From Eledone cirrhosa (taxonomy: Eukaryota): a DNA stretch of 64,000 bases. The DNA lies in the NCBI GenBank assembly GCA_964016885.1, contig OZ024762.1:29636001-29700000 (forward strand). Direction: 5' to 3'. Below the pieces are notes generated by a model, which had not been told where the DNA came from, ran no database searches, and was given only the letters and a program-made list of their open reading frames with translations. A program made the translations under genes and the position numbers. Shown piece by piece: positions 23,446-37,600 of the stretch. Each line of letters starts with the position of its first letter. Position 1 is the stretch's first letter.

Positions 23446-26400
23446 TGCCCTTCCTAACACCAACCACATTTACAGTGTGGACTGGGAGGTTTTTACCGGG
23501 TTGCCTACACGGCCACATTACAGCGTGGACTGTCTGGCGGGTTATCTACGGCTGGATGCCCTTCCTAACACCAACCACATTTACAGTGTGGACTGGGAGG
23601 TTTTTACCGTGTTGCCTACACGGCCACATTACAGCGTGGACCGTCTGGCGGGTTTTCTACAGCTGGATGCCCTTCCTAACACCAACTACGCTTACAGTGT
23701 GGACTGGGAGGTTTTTACCGTGTTGCCTACACGGCCACATTACAGCGTGGACTATCTGGCGGGTTTTCTACAGCTGGATGCCCTTCCTAACACCAACCAC
23801 ATTTACAGTGTGGACTGGGAGATTTTTACCGTGTTGCCTACACGGCCACATTACAGCGTGGACTGTCTGGCGGGTTTTCTACGGCTGGATGCCCTTCCTA
23901 ACACCAACCACATTCAGTGTGGGGTTGCGAGGTTTTTACTGTGTTGCTTACACGGCCACATTATAGCGTGGACTGTCTGGCGGGTTTTCTACGGCTGGAT
24001 GCCCTTCCTAACACCAACCACATTTACAGTGTGGACTGGGAGCTTTTTACCGTATTGCCTACACGGCCACATTACAGCGTGGACTGTCTGGCGGGTTATC
24101 TACGGCTGGATGCCCTACCTAACACCAACCAAATTTACAGTGTGGACTGGGAGGTTTTTACCGTGTTGCCTACACGGCCACATTACAGCGTGGACTGTCT
24201 GGCGGGTTTTCTACGGCTGGATGCCCTTCCTAACACCAACCACATTTACATTGTGGACTGGGAGATTTTTACCGTGTTGCCTACACGGCCACATTACAGC
24301 GTGGACTGACTGGCGGGTTTTCTACAGCTGGATGCTCTTCCTAACACCAACCACATTTACAGTGTGGACTGGGAGATTTTTACCGTGTTGCCTACACGGC
24401 CACATTACAGCGTGGACTGTCTGGCGGGTTTTCTACGGCTGGATGCCCTTCCTAACACCAACCACATTTACAGTGTGGGGCTGGGAGGTTTTTACTGTGT
24501 TGCCTACACAGCCACATTACAGCGTGGACTGTCTGGCGGGTTTTCTACAGCTGGATGCCCTTCCTAACACCAACTACGTTTACAGTGTGGAACTGGGAGG
24601 TTTTTACCGTGTTGCCTACACGGCCACATTACAGCGTGGACTGTCTGGCGGGTTTTCTACGGCTGGATGCCCTTCCTAACACCAACCACATTTACAGTGT
24701 GGGCTGGGAGGTTTTTACCGTGTTGCCTACACGGCCACATTACAGTGTGGACTGTCTGGCGGGTTTTCTACAGCTGGATGCCCTTCCTAACACCAACTAC
24801 GCTTACAGTGTGGAACTGGGAGGTTTTTACCGTGTTGCCTACACGGCCACATTACAGCGTGGACTGTCTGGCGGGTTTTCTACAGCTGGATGCCCTTCCT
24901 AACACCAACCACATTTACAGTGTGGACTGGGAGATTTTTACCGTGTTGCCTACACGGCCACATTACAGCGTGGACTGTCTGGCGGGTTTTCTACGGCTGG
25001 ATGCCCTTCCTAACACCAACCACATTTACAGTGTGGACTGGGAGGATTTTACTGTGTTGCCTACACGGCCACATTACAGCGTGGACTGTCTGGCGGGTTT
25101 TCTACGGCTGGATGCCCTTCCTAACACCAACCACATTTACAGTGTGGACTGGGAGGTTTTTACCGTGTTGCCTACAAGGCCACATTACAGCGTGGACTGT
25201 CTGGCGGGTTTTCTACGGCTGGATGCCCTTCCTAACACCAACCACATTTACATTGTGGACAGGGAGATTTTTACCGTGTTGCCTACACGGCCACATTACA
25301 GCGTGGACTGTCTGGCGGGTTTTCTACAGCTGGATGCCCTTCCTAACACCAACCACATTTACAGTGTGGACTGGGAGATTTTTACCGTGTTGCCTACACG
25401 GCCACATTACAGCGTGGACTGTCTGGCGGGTTTTCTACGGCTGGATGCCCTTCCTAACACCAACCACATTTACAGTGTGGACTGGGAGGTTTTTACCGGG
25501 TTGCCTACACGGCCACATTACAGCGTGGACTGTCTGCCGGGTTATCTACGGCTGGATGCCCTTCCTAACACCAACCACATTTACAGTGTGGACTGGGAGG
25601 TTTTTACCGTGTTGCCTACACGGCCACATTACAGCGTGGACTGTCTGGCGGGTTTTCTACAGCTGGATGCCCTTCCTAACACCAACTACGTTTACAGTGT
25701 GGAACTGGGAGGTTTTTACCGTGTTGCCTACACGGCCACATTACAGCGTGGACTGTCTGGCGGGTTTTCTACAGCTGGATGCCCTTCCTAAGACCAACCA
25801 CATTTACAGTGTGGACTGGGAGATTTTTACCGTGTTGCCTACACGGCCACATTACAGCGTGGACTGTCTGGCGGGTTTTCTACGGCTGGATGCCCTTCCT
25901 AACACCAACCACATTTACAGTGTGGACTGCGAGGTTTTTACCGTGTTGCCTACACGGCCACATTACAGCGTGGACTGTCTGGCGGGTTATCTACGGCTGG
26001 ATGCCCTTCCTAACACCAACCACATTTACAGTGTGGAACTGGGAGGTTTTTACCGTGTTGCCTACACGGCCACATTACAGCGTGGACTGTCTGGCGGGTT
26101 ATCTACGGCTGGATGCCCTTCCTAACACCAACCACATTTACACTGTGGACTGGGAGATTTTTACCGTGTTGCCTACACGGCCACATTACAGCGTGGACTG
26201 TCTGGCGGGTTTTCTACGGCTGGATGCCCTTCCTAACACCAACCACATTTAGTGTGGGGTTGCGAGGTTTTTACTGTGTTGCCTACACGGCCACATTACA
26301 GCGTGGACTGTCTGGCGCGTTTTCTACGGCTGGATGCCCTTCCTAACACCAACCACATTTACATTGTGGACTGGGATATTTTTACCGTGTTGCCTACACG

Positions 26401-29400
26401 GCCACATTACAGCGTGGACTGACTGGCGGGTTTTCTACAGCTGGATGCTCTTCCTAACACCAACCACATTTACAGTGTGGACTGGGAGATTTTTACCGTG
26501 TTGCCTACACGGCCACATTACAGCGTGGACTGTCTGGCGGGTTTTCTACGGCTGGATGCCCTTCCTAACACCAACCACATTTACAGTGTGGGGCTGGCAG
26601 GTTTTTACTGTGTTGCCTACACAGCCACACTACAGCGTGGACTGTCTGGCGGGTTTTCTACAGCTGGATGCCCTTCCTAACACCAACTACGTTTACAGTG
26701 TGGAACTGGGAGGTTTTTACCGTGTTGCCTACACGGCCACATTACAGCGTGGACTGTCTGGCGGGTTTTCTACGGCTGGATGCCCTTCCTAACACCAACC
26801 ACATTTACAGTGTGGGCTGAGAGATTTTTACCGTGTTGCCTACACGGCCACATTACAGCGTGGACTGTCTGGCGGGTTTTCTACAGCTGGATGCCCTTCC
26901 TAACACCAACCACATTTACAGTGTGGACTGGGAGATTTTTACCGTGTTGCCTACACGGCCACATTACAGCGTGGACTGTCTGGCGGGTTTTCTACGGCTG
27001 GATGCCCTTCCCAACACCAACCACATTTACAGTGTGGACTGGGAGGTTTTTACCGGGTTGCCTACACGGCCACATTACAGCGTGGACTGTCTGGCGGGTT
27101 ATCTACGGCTGGATGCCCTTCCTAACACCAACCACATTTACAGTGTGGACTGGGAGGTTTTTACCGTGTTGCCTACACGGCCACATTACAGCGTGGACTG
27201 TCTGGCGGGTTTTCTACAGCTGGATGCCCTTCCTAACACCAACTACGCTTACAGTGTGGACTGGGAGGTTTTTACCGTGTTGCCTACACGGCCACATTAC
27301 AGCGTGGACTATCTGGCGGGTTTTCTACAGCTGGATGCCCTTCCTAACACCAACCACATTTACAGTGTGGACTGGGAGATTTTTACCGTGTTGCCTACAC
27401 GGCCACATTACAGCGTGGACTGTCTGGCGGGTTTTCTACGGCTGGATGCCCTTCCTAACACCAACCACATTTACAGTGTGGGGCTGGGAGGTTTTTACTG
27501 TGTTGCCTACACAGCCACACTACAGCGTGGACTGTCTGGCGGGTTTTCTACAGCTGGATGCCCTTCCTAACACCAACTACGTTTACAGTGTGGAACTGGG
27601 AGGTTTTTACCGTGTTGCCTACACGGCCACATTACAGCGTGGACTGTCTGGCGGGTTTTCTACGGCTGGATGCCCTTCCTAACACCAACCACATTTACAG
27701 TGTGGGCTGGGAGATTTTTACCGTGTTGCCTACACGGCCACATTACAGCGTGGACTGTCTGGCGGGTTTTCTACAGCTGGATGCCCTTCCTAACACCAAC
27801 CACATTTACAGTGTGGACTGGGAGATTTTTACCGTGTTGCCTACACGGCCACATTACAGCGTGGACTGTCTGGCGGGTTTTCTACGGCTGGATGCCCTTC
27901 CCAACACCAACCACATTTACAGTGTGGACTGGGAGGTTTTTACCGGGTTGCCTACACGGCCACATTACAGCGTGGACTGTCTGGCGGGTTATCTACGGCT
28001 GGATGCCCTTCCTAACACCAACCACATTTACAGTGTGGACTGGGAGGTTTTTACCGTGCTGCCTACACGGCCACATTACAGCGTGGACCGTCTGGCGGGT
28101 TTTCTACAGCTGGATGCCCTTCCTAACACCAACTACGCTTACAGTGTGGACTGGGAGGTTTTTACCGTGTTGCCTACACGGCCACATTACAGCGTGGACT
28201 ATCTGGCGGGTTTTCTACAGCTGGATGCCCTTCCTAACACCAACCACATTTACAGTGTGGACTGGGAGATTTTTACCGTGTTGCCTACACGGCCACATTA
28301 CAGCGTGGACTGTCTGGCGGGTTTTCTACGGCTGGATGCCCTTCCTAACACCAACCACATTCAGTGTGGGGTTGCGAGGTTTTTACTGTGTTGCTTACAC
28401 GGCCACATTATAGCGTGGACTGTCTGGCGGGTTTTCTACGGCTGGATGCCCTTCCTAACACCAACCACATTTACAGTGTGGACTGGGAGCTTTTTACCGT
28501 ATTGCCTACACGGCCACATTACAGCGTGGACTGTCTGGCGGGTTATCTACGGCTGGATGCCCTTCCTAACACCAACCAAATTTACAGTGTGGACTGGGAG
28601 GTTTTTACCGTGTTGCCTACACGGCCACATTACAGCGTGGACTGTCTGGCGGGTTTTCTACGGCTGGATGCCCTTCCTAACACCAACCACATTTACATTG
28701 TGGACTGGGAGATTTTTACCGTGTTGCCTACACGGCCACATTATAGCGTGGACTGACTGGCGGGTTTTCTACAGCTGGATGCTCTTCCTAACACCAACCA
28801 CATTTACAGTGTGGACTGGGAGATTTTTACCGTGTTGCCTACACGGCCACATTACAGCGTGGACTGTCTGGCGGGTTTTCTACGGCTGGATGCCCTTCCT
28901 AACACCAACCACATTTACAGTGTGGGGCTGGGAGGTTTTTACTGTGTTGCCTACACAGCCACATTACAGCGTGGACTGTCTGGCGGGTTTTCTACAGCTG
29001 GATGCCCTTCCTAACACCAACTACGTTTACAGTGTGGAACTGGGAGGTTTTTACCGTGTTGCCTACACGGCCACATTACAGCGTGGACTGTCTGGCGGGT
29101 TTTCTACGGCTGGATGCCCTTCCTAACACCAACCACATTTACAGTGTGGGCTGGGAGGTTTTTACCGCGTTGCCTACACGGCCACATTACAGTGTGGACT
29201 GTCTGGCGGGTTTTCTACAGCTGGATGCCCTTCCTAACACCAACTACGCTTACAGTGTGGAACTGGGAGGTTTTTACCGTGTTGCCTACACGGCCACATT
29301 ACAGCGTGGACTGTCTGGCGGGTTTTCTACAGCTGGATGCCCTTCCTAACACCAACCACATTTACAGTGTGGACTGGGAGATTTTTACCGTGTTGCCTAC

Positions 29401-31690
29401 ACGGCCACATTACAGCGTGGACTGTCTGGCGGGTTTTCTACGGCTGGATGCCCTTCCTAACACCAACCACATTTACAGTGTGGACTGGGAGGTTTTTACT
29501 GTGTTGCCTACACGGCCACATTACAGCGTGGACTGTCTGGCGGGTTTTCTACGGCTGGATGCCCTTCCTAACACCAACCACATTTACAGTGTGGACTGGG
29601 AGGTTTTTACCGTGTTGCCTACAAGGCCACATTACAGCGTGGACTGTCTGGCGGGTTTTCTACGGCTGGATGCCCTTCCTAACACCATCCACATTTACAT
29701 TGTGGACAGGGAGATTTTTACCGTGTTGCCTACACGGCCACATTACAGCGTGGACTGTCTGGCGGGTTTTCTACAGCTGGATGCCCTTCCTAACACCAAC
29801 CACATTTACAGTGTGGACTGGGAGATTTTTACTGTGTTGCCTACACGGCCACATTACAGCGTGGACTGTCTGGCGGGTTTTCTACGGCTGGATGCCCTTC
29901 CTAACACCAACCACATTTACAGTGTGGACTGGGAGGTTTTTACCGGGTTGCCTACACGGCCACATTACAGCGTGGACTGTCTGGCGGGTTATCTACGGCT
30001 GGATGCCCTTCCTAACACCAACCACATTTACAGTGTGGACTGGGAGGTTTTTACCGTGTTGCCTACACGGCCACATTACAGCGTGGACTGTCTGGCGGGT
30101 TTTCTACAGCTGGATGCCCTTCCTAACACCAACTAAGTTTACAGTGTGGAACTGGGAGGTTTTTCCCGTGTTGCCTACACGGCCACATTACAGCGTGGAC
30201 TGTCTGGCGGGTTTTCTACAGCTGGATGCCCTTCCTAACACCAACCACATTTACAGTGTGGACTGGGAGATTTTTACCGTGTTGCCTACACGGCCACATT
30301 ACAGCGTGGACTGTCTGGCGGGTTTTCTACGGCTGGATGCCCTTCCTAACACCAACCACATTTACAGTGTGGACTGCGAGGTTTTTACCGTGTTGCCTAC
30401 ACGGCCACATTACAGCGTGGACTGTCTGGCGGGTTATCTACGGCTGGATGCCCTTCCTAACACCAACCACATTTACAGTGTGGAACTGGGAGGTTTTTAC
30501 CGTGTTGCCTACACGGCCACATTACAGCGTGGACTGTCTGGCGGGTTATCTACGGCTGGATGCCCTTCCTAACACCAACCACATTTACAGTGTGGACTGG
30601 GAGATTTTTACCGTGTTGCCTACACGGCCACATTACAGCGTGGACTGTCTGGCGGGTTTTCTACGGCTGGATGCCCTTCCTAAAACCAACCACATTTAGT
30701 GTGGGGTTGCGAGGTTTTTACTGTGTTGCCTACACGGCCACATTACAGCGTGGACTGTCTGGCGGGTTTTCTACGGCTGGATGCCCTTCCTAACACCAAC
30801 CACATTTACATTGTGGACTGGGATATTTTTACCGTGTTGCCTACACGGCCACATTACAGCGTGGACTGACTGGCGGGTTTTCTACAGCTGGATGCTCTTC
30901 CTAACACCAACCACATTTACAGTGTGGACTGGGAGATTTTTACCGTGTTGCCTACACGGCCACATTACAGCGTGGACTGTCTGGCGGGTTTTCTACGGCT
31001 GGATGCCCTTCCTAACACCAACCACATTTACAGTGTGGGGCTGGGAGGTTTTTACTGTGTTGCCTACACAGCCACACTACAGCGTGGACTGTCTGGCGGG
31101 TTTTCTACAGCTGGATGCCCTTCCTAACACCAACTACGTTTACAGTGTGGAACTGGGAGGTTTTTACCGTGTTGCCTACACGGCCACATTACAGCGTGGA
31201 CTGTCTGGCGGGTTTTCTACGGCTGGATGCCCTTCCTAACACCAACCACATTTACAGTGTGGGCTGGGAGATTTTTACCGTGTTGCCTACACGGCCACAT
31301 TACAGCGTGGACTGTCTGGCGGGTTTTCTACAGCTGGATGCCCTTCCTAACACCAACCACATTTACAGTGTGGACTGGGAGATTTTTACCGTGTTGCCTA
31401 CACGGCCACATTACAGCGTGGACTGTCTGGCGGGTTTTCTACGGCTGGATGCCCTTCCCAACACCAACCACATTTACAGTGTGGACTGGGAGGTTTTTAC
31501 CGGGTTGCCTACACGGCCACATTACAGCGTGGACTGTCTGGCGGGTTATCTACGGCTGGATGCCCTTCCTAACACCAACCACATTTACAGTGTGGACTGG
31601 GAGGTTTTTACCGTGTTGCCTACACGGCCACATTACAGCGTGGACTGTCTGGCGGGTTTTCTACAGCTGGATGCCCTTCCTAACACCAAC
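23445..31690 (+). repeat. Tandem higher-order repeat, period 4447 bp (40 monomers), about 1.85 copies
   Basis: Ten ORF-track pairs have exactly a 4447 offset (e.g. 23917/28364, 24890/29337, 26334/30781, 26780/31227). AACCAAATTT is at 24127/28574 and GGACTGCGAG at 25924/30371. Confidence 0.88.
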
Positions 31691-34600
31691 CACATTTACA
31701 GTGTGGGCTGAGAGATTTTTACCGTGTTGCCTACACGGCCACATTACAGCGTGGACTATCTGGCGGGTTTTCTACAGCTGGATGCCCTTCCTAACACCAA
31801 CCACATTTACAGTGTGGACTGGGAGATTTTTACCGTGTTGCCTACACGGCCACATTACAGCGTGGACTGTCTGGCGGGTTTTCTACGGCTGGATGCCCTT
31901 CCTAACACCAACCACATTCAGTGTGGGGTTGCGAGGTTTTTACTGTGTTGCTTACACGGCCACATTATAGCGTGGACTGTCTGGCGGGTTTTCTACGGCT
32001 GGATGCCCTTCCTAACACCAACCACATTTACAGTGTGGACTGGGAGCTTTTTACCGTATTGCCTACACGGCCACATTACAGCGTGGACTGTCTGGCGGGT
32101 TATCTACGGCTGGATGCCCTTCCTAACACCAACCACATTTACAGTGTGGACTGGGAGATTTTTACCGTGTTGCCTACACGGCCACATTACAGCGTGGACT
32201 GTCTGGCGGGTTTTCTACGGCTGGATGCCCTTCCTAACACCAACCACATTTACAGTGTGGACTGGGAGGTTTTTACCGTGTTGCCTACACGGCCACATTA
32301 CAGCGTGGACTGTCTGGCGGGTTATCTACGGCTGGATGCCCTTCCAAACACCAACCACATTTACAGTGTGGAACTGGGAGGTTTTTACCGTGTTGCCTAC
32401 ACGGCCACATTACAGCGTGGACTGTCTGGCGGGTTATCTACGGCTGGATGCCCTTCCCAACACCAACCACATTTCCAGTGTGGACTGGGAGGTTTTTACC
32501 GGGTTGCCTACACGGCCACATTACAGCGTGGACTGTCTGGCGGGTTATCTACGGCTGGATGCCCTTCCTAACACCAACCACATTTACAGTGTGGACTGGG
32601 AGGTTTTTACCGTGTTGCCTACACGGCCACATTACAGCGTGGACTGTCTGGCGGGTTTTCTACAGCTGGATGCCCTTCCTAACACCAACTACGCTTACAG
32701 TGTGGACTGGGAGGTTTTTACCGTGTTGCCTACACGGCCACATTACAGCGTGGACTATCTGGCGGGTTTTCTACAGCTGGATGCCCTTCCTAACACCAAC
32801 CACATTTACAGTGTGGACTGGGAGATTTTTACCGTGTTGCCTACACGGCCACATTACAGCGTGGACTGTCTGGCGGGTTTTCTACGGCTGGATGCCCTTC
32901 CTAACACCAACCACATTTACAGTGTGGGGCTGGGAGGTTTTTACTGTGTTGCCTACACAGCCACACTACAGCGTGGACTGTCTGGCGGGTTTTCTACAGC
33001 TGGATGCCCTTCCTAACGCCAACTACGTTTACAGTGTGGAACTGGGAGGTTTTTACCGTGTTGCCTACACGGCCACATTACAGCGTGGACTGTCTGGCGG
33101 GTTTTCTACGGCTGGATGCCCTTCCTAACACCAACCACATTTACAGTGTGGGCTGGGAGATTTTTACCGTGTTGCCTACACGGCCACATTACAGCGTGGA
33201 CTGTCTGGCGGGTTTTCTACAGCTGGATGCCCTTCCTAACACCAACCACATTTACAGTGTGGACTGGGAGATTTTTACCGTGTTGCCTACACGGCCACAT
33301 TACAGCGTGGACTGTCTGGCGGGTTTTCTACGGCTGGATGCCCTTCCCAACACCAACCACATTTACAGTGTGGACTGGGAGGTTTTTACCGGGTTGCCTA
33401 CACGGCCACATTACAGCGTGGACTGTCTGGCGGGTTATCTACGGCTGGATGCCCTTCCTAACACCAACCACATTTACAGTGTGGACTGGGAGGTTTTTAC
33501 CGTGTTGCCTACACGGCCACATTACAGCGTGGACCGTCTGGCGGGTTTTCTACAGCTGGATGCCCTTCCTAACACCAACTACGCTTACAGTGTGGACTGG
33601 GAGGTTTTTACCGTGTTGCCTACACGGCCACATTACAGCGTGGACTATCTGGCGGGTTTTCTACAGCTGGATGCCCTTCCTAACACCAACCACATTTACA
33701 GTGTGGACTGGGAGGTTTTTACCGTGTTGCCTACACGGCCACATTACAGCGTGGACTATCTGGCGGGTTTTCTACAGCTGGATGCCCTTCCTAACACCAA
33801 CCACATTTACATTGTGGACAGGGAGATTTTTACCGTGTTGCCTACACGGCCACATTACAGCGTGGACTGTCTGGCGGGTTTTCTACAGCTGGATGCCCTT
33901 CCTAACACCAACCACATTTACAGTGTGGACTGGGAGATTTTTACTGTGTTGCCTACACGGCCACATTACAGCGTGGACTGTCTGGCGGGTTTTCTACGGC
34001 TGGATGCCCTTCCTAACACCAACCACATTTACAGTGTGGACTGGGAGGTTTTTACCGGGTTGCCTACACGGCCACATTACAGCGTGGACTGTCTGGCGGG
34101 TTATCTACGGCTGGATGCCCTTCCTAACACCAACCACATTTACAGTGTGGACTGGGAGGTTTTTACCGTGTTGCCTACACGGCCACATTACAGCGTGGAC
34201 TGTCTGGCGGGTTTTCTACAGCTGGATGCCCTTCCTAACACCAACTACGTTTACAGTGTGGAACTGGGAGGTTTTTCCCGTGTTGCCTACACGGCCACAT
34301 TACAGCGTGGACTGTCTGGCGGGTTTTCTACAGCTGGATGCCCTTCCTAACACCAACCACATTTACAGTGTGGACTGGGAGATTTTTACCGTGTTGCCTA
34401 CACGGCCACATTACAGCGTGGACTGTCTGGCGGGTTTTCTACGGCTGGATGCCCTTCCTAACACCAACCACATTTACAGTGTGGACTGCGAGGTTTTTAC
34501 CGTGTTGCCTACACGGCCACATTACAGCGTGGACTGTCTGGCGGGTTATCTACGGCTGGATGCCCTTCCTAACACCAACCACATTTACAGTGTGGAACTG

Positions 34601-37600
34601 GGAGGTTTTTACCGTGTTGCCTACACGGCCACATTACAGCGTGGACTGTCTGGCGGGTTATCTACGGCTGGATGCCCTTCCTAACACCAACCACATTTAC
34701 AGTGTGGACTGGGAGGTTTTTACCGTGTTGCCTACACGGCCACATTACAGCGTGGACTGTCTGGCGGGTTTTCTACAGCTGGATGCCCTTCCTAACACCA
34801 ACCACATTTAGTGTGGGGTTGCGAGGTTTTTACTGTGTTGCCTATACGGCCACATTACAGCGTGGACTGTCTGGCGGGTTTTCTACGGCTGGATGCCCTT
34901 CCTAACACCAACCACATTTACATTGTGGACTGGGATATTTTTACCGTGTTGCCTACACGGCCACATTACAGCGTGGACTGACTGGCGGGTTTTCTACAGC
35001 TGGATGCTCTTCCTAACACCAACCACATTTACAGTGTGGACTGGGAGATTTTTACCGTGTTGCCTACACGGCCACATTACAGCGTGGACTGTCTGGCGGG
35101 TTTTCTACGGCTGGATGCCCTTCCTAACACCAACCACATTTACAGTGTGGGGCTGGGAGGTTTTTACTGTGTTGCCTACACAGCCACACTACAGCGTGGA
35201 CTGTCTGGCGGGTTTTCTACAGCTGGATGCCCTTCCTAACACCAACTACGTTTACAGTGTGGAACTGGGAGGTTTTTACCGTGTTGCCTACACGGCCACA
35301 TTACAGCGTGGACTGTCTGGCGGGTTTTCTACGGCTGGATGCCCTTCCTAACACCAACCACATTTACAGTGTGGGCTGGGAGATTTTTACCGTGTTGCCT
35401 ACACGGCCACATTACAGCGTGGACTGTCTGGCGGGTTTTCTACAGCTGGATGCCCTTCCTAACACCAACCACATTTACAGTGTGGACTGGGAGATTTTTA
35501 CCGTGTTGCCTACACGGCCACATTACAGCGTGGACTGTCTGGCGGGTTTTCTACGGCTGGATGCCCTTCCCAACACCAACCACATTTACAGTGTGGACTG
35601 GGAGGTTTTTACCGGGTTGCCTACACGGCCACATTACAGCGTGGACTGTCTGGCGGGTTATCTACGGCTGGATGCCCTTCCTAACACCAACCACATTTAC
35701 AGTGTGGACTGGGAGGTTTTTACCGTGTTGCCTACACGGCCACATTACAGCGTGGACTGTCTGGCGGGTTTTCTACAGCTGGATGCCCTTCCTAACACCA
35801 ACTACGCTTACAGTGTGGACTGGGAGGTTTTTACCGTGTTGCCTACACGGCCACATTACAGCGTGGACTATCTGGCGGGTTTTCTACAGCTGGATGCCCT
35901 TCCTAACACCAACCACATTTACAGTGTGGACTGGGAGATTTTTACCGTGTTGCCTACACGGCCACATTACAGCGTGGACTGTCTGGCGGGTTTTCTACGG
36001 CTGGATGCCCTTCCTAACACCAACCACATTCAGTGTGGGGTTGCGAGGTTTTTACTGTGTTGCTTACACGGCCACATTATAGCGTGGACTGTCTGGCGGG
36101 TTTTCTACGGCTGGATGCCCTTCCTAACACCAACCACATTTACAGTGTGGACTGGGAGCTTTTTACCGTATTGCCTACACGGCCACATTACAGCGTGGAC
36201 TGTCTGGCGGGTTATCTACGGCTGGATGCCCTTCCTAACACCAACCACATTTACAGTGTGGACTGGGAGATTTTTACCGTGTTGCCTACACGGCCACATT
36301 ACAGCGTGGACTGTCTGGCGGGTTTTCTACGGCTGGATGCCCTTCCTAACACCAACCACATTTACAGTGTGGACTGGGAGGTTTTTACCGTGTTGCCTAC
36401 ACGGCCACATTACAGCGTGGACTGTCTGGCGGGTTATCTACGGCTGGATGCCCTTCCTAACACCAACCACATTTACAGTGTGGAACTGGGAGGTTTTTAC
36501 CGTGTTGCCTACACGGCCACATTACAGCGTGGACTGTCTGGCGGGTTATCTACGGCTGGATGCCCTTCCCAACACCAACCACATTTACAGTGTGGACTGG
36601 GAGGTTTTTACCGGGTTGCCTACACGGCCACATTACAGCGTGGACTGTCTGGCGGGTTTTCTACAGCTGGATGCCCTTCCGAACACCAACTACGCTTACA
36701 GTGTGGACTGGGAGGTTTTTACCGTGTTGCCTACACGGCCACATTACAGCGTGGACTATCTGGCGGGTTTTCTACAGCTGGATGCCCTTCCTAACACCAA
36801 CCACATTTACAGTGTGGACTGGGAGATTTTTACCGTGTTGCCTACACGGCCACATTACAGCGTGGACTGTCTGGCGGGTTTTCTACGGCTGGATGCCCTT
36901 CCTAACACCAACCACATTTACAGTGTGGGGCTGGGAGGTTTTTACTGTGTTGCCTACACAGCCACACTACAGCGTGGACTGTCTGGCGGGTTTTCTACAG
37001 CTGGATGCCCTTCCTAACACCAACTACGTTTACAGTGTGGAACTGGGAGGTTTTTACCGTGTTGCCTACACGGCCACATTACAGCGTGGACTGTCTGGCG
37101 GGTTTTCTACGGCTGGATGCCCTTCCTAACACCAACCACATTTACAGTGTGGGCTGGGAGATTTTTAACGTGTTGCCTACACGGCCACATTACAGCGTGG
37201 ACTGTCTGGCGGGTTTTCTACAGCTGGATGCCCTTCCTAACACCAACCACATTTACAGTGTGGACTGGGAGATTTTTACCGTGTTGCCTACACGGCCACA
37301 TTACAGCGTGGACTGTCTGGCGGGTTTTCTACGGCTGGATGCCCTTCCCAACACCAACCACATTTACAGTGTGGACTGGGAGGTTTTTACCGGGTTGCCT
37401 ACACGGCCACATTACAGCGTGGACTGTCTGGCGGGTTTTCTACAGCTGGATGCCCTTCCTAACACCAACTACGCTTACAGTGTGGACTGGGAGGTTTTTA
37501 CCGTGTTGCCTACACGGCCACATTACAGCGTGGACTATCTGGCGGGTTTTCTACAGCTGGATGCCCTTCCTAACACCAACCACATTTACAGTGTGGACTG

